Shown in pieces: positions 39,437-48,681 of a DNA stretch of 64,000 bases. Position 1 is the stretch's first letter; the number at the start of each line of letters is the position of its first letter. This stretch comes from Candidatus Bathyarchaeota archaeon. GTDB taxonomy: Archaea; Thermoproteota; Bathyarchaeia; Bathyarchaeales; Bathycorpusculaceae. The notes beneath the pieces are model-generated. The model worked only from the letters and a program-made list of their open reading frames with translations. It was not told where the DNA came from and searched no databases. The stretch spans positions 192,001 through 256,000 of the forward strand of contig CAVTBV010000009.1 in the NCBI GenBank assembly GCA_963733095.1. The letters are read 5' to 3'. The position numbers and the translations under genes were made by a program.

Positions 39437-41155
39437 TCAAATAAGATTCGTTTGGTCTTGACACCCTCTATGTGTAAGTTTCCCGTTTACTACGTTTGAG
39501 GCGTCAATATCGTTGTTCGTTGCGTTTTGAAGAATTAAGTTGTAGATGTTCCCTCCGATTTGGTTAGTTCTAAACGTGTTCCCTGTGGAGTCCTGGAGGA
39601 AAACTCCAACATAGTTGCCGGTAATACTGTTGCCGATTACTGTGCAGTTATGGGCGTTTTCAAGCAATAGTCCAGTGCCCAAACTATCTGAGGGGTAACC
39701 GCTGTTTGTTATGGTAAATCCACTTACTGTAATGTTGTCAGTAACTATTGTTAATGCAGTGCCATTATCTACGCCTGAAATCACGGTTGTTTCGTTGTTA
39801 CCACTGAACAATTCCACAGACTTATTTAAAATAATATTTTCTTGATAGGTACCTGGATTAACCTGAATGATGTCTCCTTTGTAGGTTGCAAAGGAGTAGA
39901 TTGCCTCTTGAATAGCGTTGTATCCTAAGCCATTATTTACGTCAGTAACTGAGTAGTTAACTCCTGATTCAAAATCCTGCGGCCAAACAAGAATTCTGCC
40001 GTATAGACTCTGAGTCTGATTGTCGAATTGTGGATCATTGTAAACGATGTCAAAACTTGAGTTATACTGATTAAGCAGTTCTGCTATGTCGCTGTAGAGT
40101 TTTTTGGTCCAACTCGATGCTGTATGGTATTGCCAAACTGAATCATCAGGACTCCTGAACCCAAATCCGTAATCATCTGGAAGCACGACAGCCGTGTTTG
40201 CTTTGAGGTAACCCTGTTTGTAAGGATTATTTTTTACGTAGCTCCAGAAGTCTTTGAGTGCATCAAAATGACTTTGGTTTAGGGTAGTGCTTGTGTAGTT
40301 TTGGCTTGAATCATAAACTGCTATGTATGTTGCGCCTGAATTGTAAGCTAAAACCATGTCACTGTACATTTGGGGACCGGATTCAAGGTAGGGCGCTTGA
40401 TTGTATGTCCAAGTTATGATAGCACCCCAGGTTTTATCTTGCACTTGCGCAGAGCCCCTCAGCTGGCTGATTTGCAATTGCCTACTATTGTTCCAGCCAA
40501 ATTGAGCTAAAATCGTATCGTATCCCAGTTCATAATCAAACCAGTAGAGCGCATAATCTGAAGTGAATAGTAAAGAATCTAGGCTGTGGGTAAAGTTGGC
40601 GGCTACTGGTACACCTTGACCCTGAGTCCATATGTGGAAGTACCAATTAGCGTAGTCCAGATAACTAGTAGGTTGGCTTGTCACGTTGTAAATGCTGTTA
40701 GACGTTAAGTTGACAGTTTCATCCAGCTGAATACCTCCAGGTTCATCGTAAAAATAGATTCCGAGCAACCGATTACCAAACTGTTCTTTTGCCGAGACAA
40801 ACCAAGCTTCTGGAGTGTAACCGATGTATCCAGGGCTATTTAGGTCTTGGTAGTAGGCGGGCATAAAATACATACCTGCGTTGTAAGCGTAGTCACAAGT
40901 TTGGTTGAGCAATGTCTCGTTGCTTAAAATGTAGGGTGAAGCAATAATGAATAGGTTAGTGTAGTCTTTGACTTTGTCGATTAGGGCTTTACAGTCTGCA
41001 ACTGTACTGTTCCACCCCGTCTCAATTCCCACATAGAAAGTCTTAGATTCACCCGGGGTTTGTCTTGATGGGGTACGCAGAGTGTATGCTAAAATAAAAG
41101 ACAAAAGCACTAACGCAACCAGCAGTGCTGCAGTAACAGTTCTTTTATGTTTCAA
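39437..41155 (-). CDS. secreted protein with glycoside-hydrolase-like domain and C-terminal NosD/CASH beta-helix
   Basis: N-terminal TM, YFYDEPGG motif, then V.PGTY.EN and Asn-rich beta-helix repeats. Confidence 0.7.
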   Translation of the reverse strand: MKHKRTVTAALLVALVLLSFILAYTLRTPSRQTPGESKTFYVGIETGWNSTVADCKALIDKVKDYTNLFIIASPYILSNETLLNQTCDYAYNAGMYFMPAYYQDLNSPGYIGYTPEAWFVSAKEQFGNRLLGIYFYDEPGGIQLDETVNLTSNSIYNVTSQPTSYLDYANWYFHIWTQGQGVPVAANFTHSLDSLLFTSDYALYWFDYELGYDTILAQFGWNNSRQLQISQLRGSAQVQDKTWGAIITWTYNQAPYLESGPQMYSDMVLAYNSGATYIAVYDSSQNYTSTTLNQSHFDALKDFWSYVKNNPYKQGYLKANTAVVLPDDYGFGFRSPDDSVWQYHTASSWTKKLYSDIAELLNQYNSSFDIVYNDPQFDNQTQSLYGRILVWPQDFESGVNYSVTDVNNGLGYNAIQEAIYSFATYKGDIIQVNPGTYQENIILNKSVELFSGNNETTVISGVDNGTALTIVTDNITVSGFTITNSGYPSDSLGTGLLLENAHNCTVIGNSITGNYVGVFLQDSTGNTFRTNQIGGNIYNLILQNATNNDIDASNVVNGKLTHRGCQDQTNLI

Positions 41156-41354
41156 GATAACCTTTGATTAATTATTAAGCCATCTTTTAAGTTAGTGTTA
41201 AAAAATAATTAATTAGAGCTTGATTAAACGTTCAAGTTAAGTACAACTTCAGAGATGCCGCTTGCATACTCTTCTGTCCGCCTAGAACTTCCAGTAATCA
41301 ATACCATTGTATGTTATCCACCTTTAGACATATGCGCAAAGAAAAGAGGGAGTT

Positions 41355-41405
41355 TGGCGAGTGATACCTCGGCGCCTTGAGGGATTCGAATCCCGCTATC
41401 CACTA
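41355..41405 (+). repeat. degenerate mini-tRNA-like/att repeat
   Basis: AAAAGAGGGA leader as at 37793; TACCTCGGCGCCTTGAGGGATTCGAATCCC. Confidence 0.6.
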
Positions 41406-41608
41406 TCGAGGAACCTTAGCTGTCGACACTTTTCACTTCTTGCTCTGAAGACCAAAAACGTTCAATGGATAATTCACGCTTAAAAGATGCAGCTAAAACA
41501 TTTTTATTCAATAGTTTTTTAAGGCGACACAACAATAACTTCTCATTCACTACGGGTACTGCCTACGGTCGGAAGTTAACAACTTGCCCTATATAGGATG
41601 AGAAAACC

Positions 41609-42730
41609 ATGAAAAAACAATTGCTTTCAGCTATTCTTATCGCATTTTTCTTTGTTTCAGTTGCAGCCATTTCCCAAATATCCCCCTGCCAAACAGTGGC
41701 GCCGGGAACAACAGCAACTCCAACGCCAACAGAAGCACCAGCACAAGGAAGTGCCCCTGACTTTTTACTCATAGTTGGAACCATAACTGTTGTGGTAGTA
41801 GCTATCGGAGGCACGTCTGCATTTTTGGTTGTTAAGAGGAGGCGGGTGAATGAAAAAAGCTTGAGGCGATTTTCATCCAGTGACTTCCAAGAATGGGTTA
41901 TCAAAAAATTCAATGGTAAACCAAGTGATTCCTCTTCGGGCGTAAATGGTTTTACCCAGGGAGGTCAACCACTTTTGGTTAAACAATCTGACCATGTCAG
42001 CTTGGCTGAGGTTGAAGACTTTGTCAAAACACTAGTGAAGGGAAAGGCGCAAAAGGGCACAATTGTAGCTTTCAACTTTGACAACGATACCATTGAAGGA
42101 AAAGTAACGGCTATGGATAACGGAATTGAGCTTCAAATGTTGCGCATAACTGAACTAGTGAATAAACGCTTCTCTCGCAGAATTGAAAGCCTTGCTCGTT
42201 CGCAGGTCACCTTCGATGCCCCAGCCACATACATACCAGCGGAAGCCCGTGGGGGGGAAACACAAAAACAAACTTTTGAGAAAATACCAACAATGCTCCC
42301 TAAGGATGGTGTGGGCAAACCTAAGGTATTCGTATCTAATAGTAACACGAAGGTAGCTGACCAAGTAAAGAAAATGCTGGATTTTCTTCATTATGACTAT
42401 GTCATAGGTGACAAAGAAGAAACGTCTGTCCCAATTCCTGAGAGCAAATTTGGTCTTATGCAAAGCTGTGATTGCGCAATAATTAACATCGCTGCTGCTG
42501 AACAAGAGAGAAGGTACAGCGGACTTTACGTCCTTAATTCTAATATTATCTCAGAAATCAATGCAGCCTATCTGAAATATAATACGCAAGTTATCTTGTT
42601 GTTGGAGAGAAAGATAGACCTCCCTACAAATCTTAAAGGGCTAAAAAGAATTGAATACGACAGCGATGATCTGTCTTTCAATGCAGCAATGGATCTGGAG
42701 AAAGCTTTGGCAGATTTCAAAGAAATATAA
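41609..42730 (+). CDS. membrane-anchored protein with Mrr-like domain and C-terminal TIR-like (Cap12/Pycsar-type) domain
   Basis: Signal peptide plus TM; 'SSSDFQEWV..KF.G...KQS' Mrr-like region; 'KVFVS...CDCAII...N.NIISE...LLE...LP.NL.G...IEY' TIR-like region. Confidence 0.7.
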   Translation: MKKQLLSAILIAFFFVSVAAISQISPCQTVAPGTTATPTPTEAPAQGSAPDFLLIVGTITVVVVAIGGTSAFLVVKRRRVNEKSLRRFSSSDFQEWVIKKFNGKPSDSSSGVNGFTQGGQPLLVKQSDHVSLAEVEDFVKTLVKGKAQKGTIVAFNFDNDTIEGKVTAMDNGIELQMLRITELVNKRFSRRIESLARSQVTFDAPATYIPAEARGGETQKQTFEKIPTMLPKDGVGKPKVFVSNSNTKVADQVKKMLDFLHYDYVIGDKEETSVPIPESKFGLMQSCDCAIINIAAAEQERRYSGLYVLNSNIISEINAAYLKYNTQVILLLERKIDLPTNLKGLKRIEYDSDDLSFNAAMDLEKALADFKEI

Positions 42731-42766
42731 TATTTTGAATTCCTGTCTCTAGCAAAACCTTCTTTA

Positions 42767-42819
42767 GCTGGGGTTCGGGAAAGAAAATCTGAGTGCGGTT
42801 CGAATCCGACTCCTGGACA
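42767..42819 (+). repeat. tRNA-like fragment of a different type
   Basis: GCTGGGG...TGCGGTTCGAATCCGACTCCTGG with a canonical T-loop. Confidence 0.45.
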
Positions 42820-42978
42820 ACCAAATTAATACATGCAAAATATATCTTTGCGATGTCCCGTTTGTTTTAATCAAAAGTTGATTTAAGGGTTTTTTTGTTG
42901 TAGTCAACGACATAGCCCTTTGTCGTAACCGGGCATATACTAGCATTTTAATATCATAAATCCATGCCCTATGGATAA

Positions 42979-43296
42979 GTGAAAAATTCGATGTTAGTAA
43001 AAGTTGAAATGAAAGATTTGATCGGTGAGACCGAGAGCCTTGTCAACTTTTTAACCAAGCACTACAAATTACATCCATCTTTAAACCGTAACGGTTTGGA
43101 GTTAACTGAGGAGGTTGTTTCAACTTTTGGGGTTGTGCGGATGGTAAACAAGTTTCTTGGTAGCAAGAAACTAAACAGTACTTACTGGGCTAGTGTGCAA
43201 GGTAACGCAGTTTTGATCAACAGGTTTAACCGGAAAAAGAACGAAAAGAAAAACAAGCATCCGACTGCTCCACACATGATTAGTCATGGTTGGTAG
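42979..43296 (+). CDS. hypothetical protein, possibly eL22-like
   Basis: L..FL....S...V...VNKFL....L...Y......V.I.RF pattern with a basic tail. Confidence 0.5.
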   Translation: MKNSMLVKVEMKDLIGETESLVNFLTKHYKLHPSLNRNGLELTEEVVSTFGVVRMVNKFLGSKKLNSTYWASVQGNAVLINRFNRKKNEKKNKHPTAPHMISHGW

Positions 43297-43399
43297 CATA
43301 AGCTTCTATATCTAAGGAAAGTCTAAATTCCAATTTAGGACTATTTGCAGGGTCCAAAATTTGGAAAATAATTTGTAGATAGAAAAGACCTAATTGTTT

Positions 43400-43436
43400 G
43401 TGCCGTTATAAGGGTTTGAATCTCCCTTCTGCACCA
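43400..43436 (+). repeat. distal tRNA-Leu 3' copy (outermost att)
   Basis: GTGCCG...AGGGTTTGAATCTCCCTTCTGCACCA. Confidence 0.65.
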
Positions 43437-43556
43437 TTGTTATCAAAACGTTAAAGTGTTCCAAATGCCGTTTATTTTGGTAGAAAAACTTATCTTTAAC
43501 ATAGAATACAAAGCAGTCAAAAAAAAGATAGGTCTTGCTTGAGTAGGATGTAAACA

Positions 43557-44345
43557 ATGTCTGAACATAAACCTGTATGGCCTGAATCGGGTGACCTCGT
43601 GATCGCTACGATAGAAAGCGTTATGGATTACGGAGCATATGCTAACCTAGATGAGTACAGCCGAAGAGGTTTCCTTCACATCTCCGAGATCTCCAGCGCC
43701 CGTATAAGAAACGTCCGAGACTTTGTTCGTGAAAACCAAAAAATGGTCCTCAAAGTCCTTCGCGTAGATATCGAAAAAGGTCACATCGACCTATCACTAC
43801 GAAGAGTAACTAAACGTGAAAGAATCGAAAAAATCAAATCTTGGAAAAAAGACCGCAAAGGCGACGCCCTCCTGCATGCAGTAGCAGAAAAAACTGGGTT
43901 ACCCATACATGAGGTCTACCAGAAAGCCGGTGTACTTCTTGAAGAAAAATACGGCTTATATGACGGCTTCGAAAAAGTCGTGAAAGAAGGCACAGATGTC
44001 TTAACTAAACTCAACATTCCTGAAGACCTTGCCAAAGTTATCGCTCAAGTTGCTGAAGAACGAATAAAAATCAAAACCGTGAAAGTGCGAGGCGTTATCG
44101 AGGTTCGTTGCATGAAGCCCAACGGTGTTCGATGTATCCAAGAAGCATTTGGCAAAGCTAAGAAAACACAAGAAGTAAAAGATGCCCAAATAGAATTTGC
44201 AGTAATCGCAGCCCCAAAATACAGCGTAGAAGTCTCCGCTGATAATTGGAAACGCGCCGAAGAAGTGCTAGATAAAGTAAGCGAAAGCGTAGTTGCCAAC
44301 ATAACTAACGCAGGCGGACACGGCTCTTTTAAGAGAGAAAAATAG
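43557..44345 (+). CDS. eif2a: translation initiation factor aIF2 alpha subunit
   Basis: WPE.G.LV, S1 domain with LHISEIS and KGHIDLSLRRV, AP.Y motif. Confidence 0.95.
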   Translation: MSEHKPVWPESGDLVIATIESVMDYGAYANLDEYSRRGFLHISEISSARIRNVRDFVRENQKMVLKVLRVDIEKGHIDLSLRRVTKRERIEKIKSWKKDRKGDALLHAVAEKTGLPIHEVYQKAGVLLEEKYGLYDGFEKVVKEGTDVLTKLNIPEDLAKVIAQVAEERIKIKTVKVRGVIEVRCMKPNGVRCIQEAFGKAKKTQEVKDAQIEFAVIAAPKYSVEVSADNWKRAEEVLDKVSESVVANITNAGGHGSFKREK

Positions 44346-44354
44346 GGTGAGAAA

Positions 44355-44729
44355 TTGAGAGAACCCTCAGTCAAAATAGAATGGGGTCAAGTGGAGAAGA
44401 TAGGAAAGGGAACCAAGGCAAACTATGATTCAAAGAAGCTGGCGCTGACTTTCTGCTTTAAGCGGGGACCTGATATGTCGAGCGAGCTTCTGAGGGCATC
44501 TCGGGAACTTTTGATGAAAGAACTCAAAGAGCTAGGTTATACGAGTCGCATGAAGTACAATGGAGAAGTTGTTGTTGATAATGTCCAGGAGAGCAATGTA
44601 GTTTTGGTCAAGAAAAACCATAAACTTGTGATTCGCTTGAACAAGAAGCAAACTGAAGAAGAACTCAATTTGTCTTCAGAGACGCTCGATTCTAAGAGTG
44701 ATAGCCAGAGTAACATAAAGTTCTCTTAA
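44355..44729 (+). CDS. hypothetical protein
   Basis: 124-aa ORF directly after aIF2-alpha, preceded by GGTGA. Confidence 0.6.
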   Translation: MREPSVKIEWGQVEKIGKGTKANYDSKKLALTFCFKRGPDMSSELLRASRELLMKELKELGYTSRMKYNGEVVVDNVQESNVVLVKKNHKLVIRLNKKQTEEELNLSSETLDSKSDSQSNIKFS

Positions 44730-44847
44730 AATCAATCCCCACTTAGTTTTTCTCGGGGTAGGCTATTTTAGCTCTGAATTTTAGGATCGATTTTAATTGG
44801 GTTTTTGGGAAAACAACTAAATACTTGATTTAGGAAATGTTAGAGCT

Positions 44848-45537
44848 ATGGCTATTCCAAGAAAACGCTCCAAAAAGAACCTGTACATTGCCTTGCTTCT
44901 TATTGTTATTCTGAGTGTTTCCGTTGCGGCAGCAGCATATGCGTTTTGGCCCCGCGCTGTGGTGGGAAAGGCGGGTGTCCATGTTGGTGATAGCTTTACC
45001 TACAGCATTACTGGATCAGTGTCTTTACAAAGTCCAGACGCAACGGTAGCTCCCGGATTCGAGCAATATAACCAAACAGACTATTACAAGGTTTCAGTGA
45101 CAGATGTAAACGGTCCCATGGTCTCTCTTGATACTCTATGGGCCTTCAAAAACGGAACACAAGTAACTGGGCAACAAACGATTAATTTGACCGATGGAAG
45201 TCAAAGTGTCGATAACGGGTTCTGGGCTATTTACTCAGCTAACCTAAATGTAGGTGACCGACTTCGTCCAACTGACAATAGGTACATCGTTAATGCTACT
45301 GACACTCAACCCTATGCTGATAGCACCAGACAAAGAAACTTTTGGTTTATAGAAAACGAGTTCTATGATGTTAACGACCCAACACAAAGCACACTACGCG
45401 ATGTCTACAACGGTATCTACTTCGACAAACAAACAGGGATGCTCCTAACATTGAACAGCATATCCTACTACAACAATCCATTAAGGACAGAAGTCATCAC
45501 TTGGCAACTGGTCAACTGCACAGTTTGGGCTGTCTGA
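44848..45537 (+). CDS. membrane-anchored secreted protein
   Basis: N-terminal TM; GV.VGD.F.Y and FDK.TG.L motifs shared with 62752-63426. Confidence 0.75.
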   Translation: MAIPRKRSKKNLYIALLLIVILSVSVAAAAYAFWPRAVVGKAGVHVGDSFTYSITGSVSLQSPDATVAPGFEQYNQTDYYKVSVTDVNGPMVSLDTLWAFKNGTQVTGQQTINLTDGSQSVDNGFWAIYSANLNVGDRLRPTDNRYIVNATDTQPYADSTRQRNFWFIENEFYDVNDPTQSTLRDVYNGIYFDKQTGMLLTLNSISYYNNPLRTEVITWQLVNCTVWAV

Positions 45538-45601
45538 GCTTTCTCAATTTTGTTAACTGAAATCAACTTTTACTCCATTGCCAAGGCAGAAAAAGAGCAA
45601 T

Positions 45602-47515
45602 TCATTTTTGTTTTGCCTTTATAGCAGCCAGTTTTCCGCCTGCCTTAACTATGCTCTTCTCCAAATCACTAAGGCTCAAAGCAACCTCAAAAGTTGTGCT
45701 CTTAGTCAGGTTCTTCACGCACAGGCGCTCCTCTAAGTTCTTAACATCTAAATCCAAAATGTCGCCCTGAGCTATGCCCAAATAATCCTGCTTGTCAGCA
45801 AAGGTTAAGGGCAGAATTCCAAAGTTTACCAGGTTTGCCATGTGTATTCGAGCGAAGGATTTGGCGATTATGGCTTTTACGCCGAGGTATTTTGGTGCAA
45901 GCGCTGCGTGTTCGCGTGAGGAGCCTTGCCCGTAGTTTTCGCCGCCTACGATGAAACCGCCATTTTTCTCCAGTGCTCGATTGGCGAAGGTTTTATCGAT
46001 GTGGATGAAGATGTACTTGCTTATTTCTGGGATGTTGCTTCTAAGCGACATAATTTCGGAGCCGCCTGGGAGAATGTCGTCGGTTGAGATGTTGTCACCA
46101 AGTTTAAGCAAAACTTCCCCCGTCAACTTCTGCGGGGTTGGCGTGAAGGTTGGTAGGGGTTTAATGTTGGGTCCCATTACAACATTGCCTTGGAATTCTG
46201 CTGTGGGGTAGATGAACATTGCGTCGCTTAACATAAACCACTGTGGCATTGTGATTTCGGGGTATTTGCCGAGTTTGCGCGGGTCGGTGATTTTGCCTGT
46301 GAGTGCTGCTGCAACCGCTGTTTCAGGGCTTACAAGGTAGACTTTGGCGTCTTGGGTTCCGCTACGCCCTTTGAAGTTGCGGTTAAAAGTCCGAAGCGAC
46401 ACGCCCTCACTTGTTGGGGCTTGCCCGATTCCGATGCAGGGTCCACAGGAGTTTTCAAGGATTCGTGCGCCTGACTGGATTAAGGGTTCAAGTTCACCGG
46501 TGGCGGCGAGGTTTTGCATGGCTTGTCTTGAGCCTGCTGAAACGGTTAGGCTTGTGTTTTCGTTGACTTTTTTGCCCTTTAGAAGTGCTGAGACGATTTT
46601 TAGGTCCCGCAAAGACGAGTTGGTGCAGCTTCCAATGCAGACTTGGTCGACTGGGGTGCCTTCGAGTTCAGATATTGCTTTTACATTGTCTGGGCTGTGT
46701 GGTAAGGCAATTAACGGCTCAACCTTAGAAAGGTCAACGTATAGGGTTTCAGCGTATTTTGCGTCATCGTCAGCTTTGAGTTCTGACCATTGGTCTTCTC
46801 GACCCTGTGCACATAGAAAATCTTTGGTAACTTTATCTGAGGGGAAAATGGATGTGGTGGCGCCTGTTTCAGTACCCATATTCGTTATGGTGCCCCGTTC
46901 GGGAACGGTTAGGGTTTTGACGCCTGGACCAGAGTATTCGAGGATTTTGTTTACTCCACCCTTAACTGATAATTCTTTAAGAATTTGGAGTATGACATCT
47001 TTGGCGCTAACGAACGGTGCGAGTTTTCCAGTTAATTCTATTCCTGTGATTGAGGGCATTTCGAGGTAGAATGGTTCTCCAGCCATGGCGGCGGCGACGT
47101 CTAAGCCTCCCGCGCCAATCGAAATCATACTCATGCCACCTGCAGTTGGCGTATGGCTGTCACTGCCCAACAAGGTTGCGCCTGGCTTGGCGAATCGTTC
47201 GAGGTAGAGTTGGTGGCAGATGCCATTTCCTGGGCGGGAGAAGATGATGCCGTATTTTGCGGCGACTCCTTGCAGGTAGCGGTGGTCGTCGGCGTTGCGG
47301 AAATCGTTCTGCAACATGTTGTGGTCGACAAAGCTTAGGCTTAGTTGGGTTTTGACTTTGGGGATGCCCATGGCTTCAAACTCAAGGTAAGCCAATGTGC
47401 CTGTGGAGTCTTGGGTGAGTGTGTGGTCGATTTTTAGAGCTATCTCTTCGCCTGCAGCCATTTTTCCCTGGGCTAAGTGTTTGGCGATGACTTTTTCTGC
47501 GATTGTCTGTTTCAC
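45602..47515 (-). CDS. aconitate hydratase
   Basis: QDSTG, DHN, GICHQ, GSDSHT, IGSCTNS, CGPCIG, STDDI and GSSREHA motifs. Confidence 0.93.
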   Translation of the reverse strand: MKQTIAEKVIAKHLAQGKMAAGEEIALKIDHTLTQDSTGTLAYLEFEAMGIPKVKTQLSLSFVDHNMLQNDFRNADDHRYLQGVAAKYGIIFSRPGNGICHQLYLERFAKPGATLLGSDSHTPTAGGMSMISIGAGGLDVAAAMAGEPFYLEMPSITGIELTGKLAPFVSAKDVILQILKELSVKGGVNKILEYSGPGVKTLTVPERGTITNMGTETGATTSIFPSDKVTKDFLCAQGREDQWSELKADDDAKYAETLYVDLSKVEPLIALPHSPDNVKAISELEGTPVDQVCIGSCTNSSLRDLKIVSALLKGKKVNENTSLTVSAGSRQAMQNLAATGELEPLIQSGARILENSCGPCIGIGQAPTSEGVSLRTFNRNFKGRSGTQDAKVYLVSPETAVAAALTGKITDPRKLGKYPEITMPQWFMLSDAMFIYPTAEFQGNVVMGPNIKPLPTFTPTPQKLTGEVLLKLGDNISTDDILPGGSEIMSLRSNIPEISKYIFIHIDKTFANRALEKNGGFIVGGENYGQGSSREHAALAPKYLGVKAIIAKSFARIHMANLVNFGILPLTFADKQDYLGIAQGDILDLDVKNLEERLCVKNLTKSTTFEVALSLSDLEKSIVKAGGKLAAIKAKQK

Positions 47516-47659
47516 TTTTCATACCTCAAGGTTGTAATGCTCAAATATCTTATTACATGCCAAATTGAAAGGCGGGAAATTTTAAGTTTCGCATGTAACT
47601 TGAAGGATTAAATGCCCGTTTAACGGAAAAAATGAAATAGTCAAGCACTAACACCTATA

Positions 47660-48442
47660 GTGAGAGGCAAAGCAATGTCGTTTAAGACTAACATGCATGA
47701 AGCAGCAAAAAGCAAGGATTCGCGCCTTGTTTTAGCATTGGATTTTCCATTCGAAGCTGCCGAGAACCGTGATAAAATTTTGGCTAAAGCGCAAAAGGTT
47801 CTCAAAGCTGTTCATCCCTACATATGTGCGGTTAAGATTAATCATCATTTGACTCTTCCACTTGGTACATTTGAAGGTGTGGCGCAGCTTGTTGAGCAGA
47901 TTCGAGGGGAAGGTATGCTTGCAATCATGGATGCGAAAGTTAACGACATCGGCAACACCAACCAAATAATCGCTGAGTATTATTTTGCCGCAGGATTTGA
48001 CGCGATAATCGCTAATCCATTTGTCGGTTGGGATGAAGGTTTAAAGCCTCTCTTTGACGTTTCAAAACGACTCAACCGAGGAGTAATATTGCTTACATAC
48101 ATGAGCCATAAAGGTGCGGTTGAAGGCTACGGACAAACGGTCATCGACCCTGAAACAGGTCTACAAACCCCACAATACTTTTTGTTTACTAGAAAAGCGT
48201 TGAAGTGGGGTGCAGATGGAGTGGTGGTTGGAGCAACAGTTCCAGGCAAGATTGCTGAAGTTAAGCAAATTCTCGGCGAAAAAGTTCCGATTTACTCTCC
48301 TGGAGTGGGTGCACAGGGTGGTGCTGCGGAAACAGCCGTCAAAGTAGGTGCCAATTACCTAATTGTCGGACGAGAAATAACTAAATCTGATGATCCAGCG
48401 AAAGCTGCACGCTTGCTTCGTGATTCGATAAAAGGGATTTAG
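47660..48442 (+). CDS. pyrF: orotidine-5'-phosphate decarboxylase
   Basis: LALD, DAKVNDIGNT, PGVGAQGG and IVGR motifs. Confidence 0.95.
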   Translation: MRGKAMSFKTNMHEAAKSKDSRLVLALDFPFEAAENRDKILAKAQKVLKAVHPYICAVKINHHLTLPLGTFEGVAQLVEQIRGEGMLAIMDAKVNDIGNTNQIIAEYYFAAGFDAIIANPFVGWDEGLKPLFDVSKRLNRGVILLTYMSHKGAVEGYGQTVIDPETGLQTPQYFLFTRKALKWGADGVVVGATVPGKIAEVKQILGEKVPIYSPGVGAQGGAAETAVKVGANYLIVGREITKSDDPAKAARLLRDSIKGI

Positions 48443-48449
48443 CCGCAGT

Positions 48450-48602
48450 TTACCTGCGTTTGTTTTCCCAGAGTTCTTTTTTGAGCAAATCACGCACTGA
48501 AGAGCGAATTACGCTGCTTCTGCTGGGGTACATGTTGGCTCGGACTAATTCGTCTAATCCTTCTAGGTAGGCTTCTGGTAGTAAGACTGTTACAAGTTTC
48601 AA
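48450..48602 (-). CDS. ribbon-helix-helix (CopG-like) regulator
   Basis: TTG start; MKLVTVLLPEAYLEGLDELVRANMYPSRSSVIRSSVRDLLKKELW; below the ORF-track cutoff. Confidence 0.85.
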   Translation of the reverse strand: MKLVTVLLPEAYLEGLDELVRANMYPSRSSVIRSSVRDLLKKELWENKRR

Positions 48603-48681
48603 TTTGTTTTATCCTCCTCAAACTATATCATGGATATAACATGTGGCAAATATAAGAGTTAGCGTAGCAAACCCTAACTAG

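Larger units (their letters stand above)
32585..43436. mobile_element. tandem accessory island anchored at the tRNA-Leu 3' end
   Basis: Degenerate copies of the tRNA-Leu T-arm/acceptor end at about 37.8, 39.1, 41.4 and 43.4 kb; integrase-tail remnants; housekeeping genes resume after 43436. Confidence 0.65.

Noticed and set aside
37804-43436. Functional, split or permuted tRNA genes
   Set aside because: No anticodon arm, no evident BHB motif or complementary leader, and the T-loops are degenerate
46344-47069. 241-aa + strand ORF
   Set aside because: Antisense shadow of aconitase
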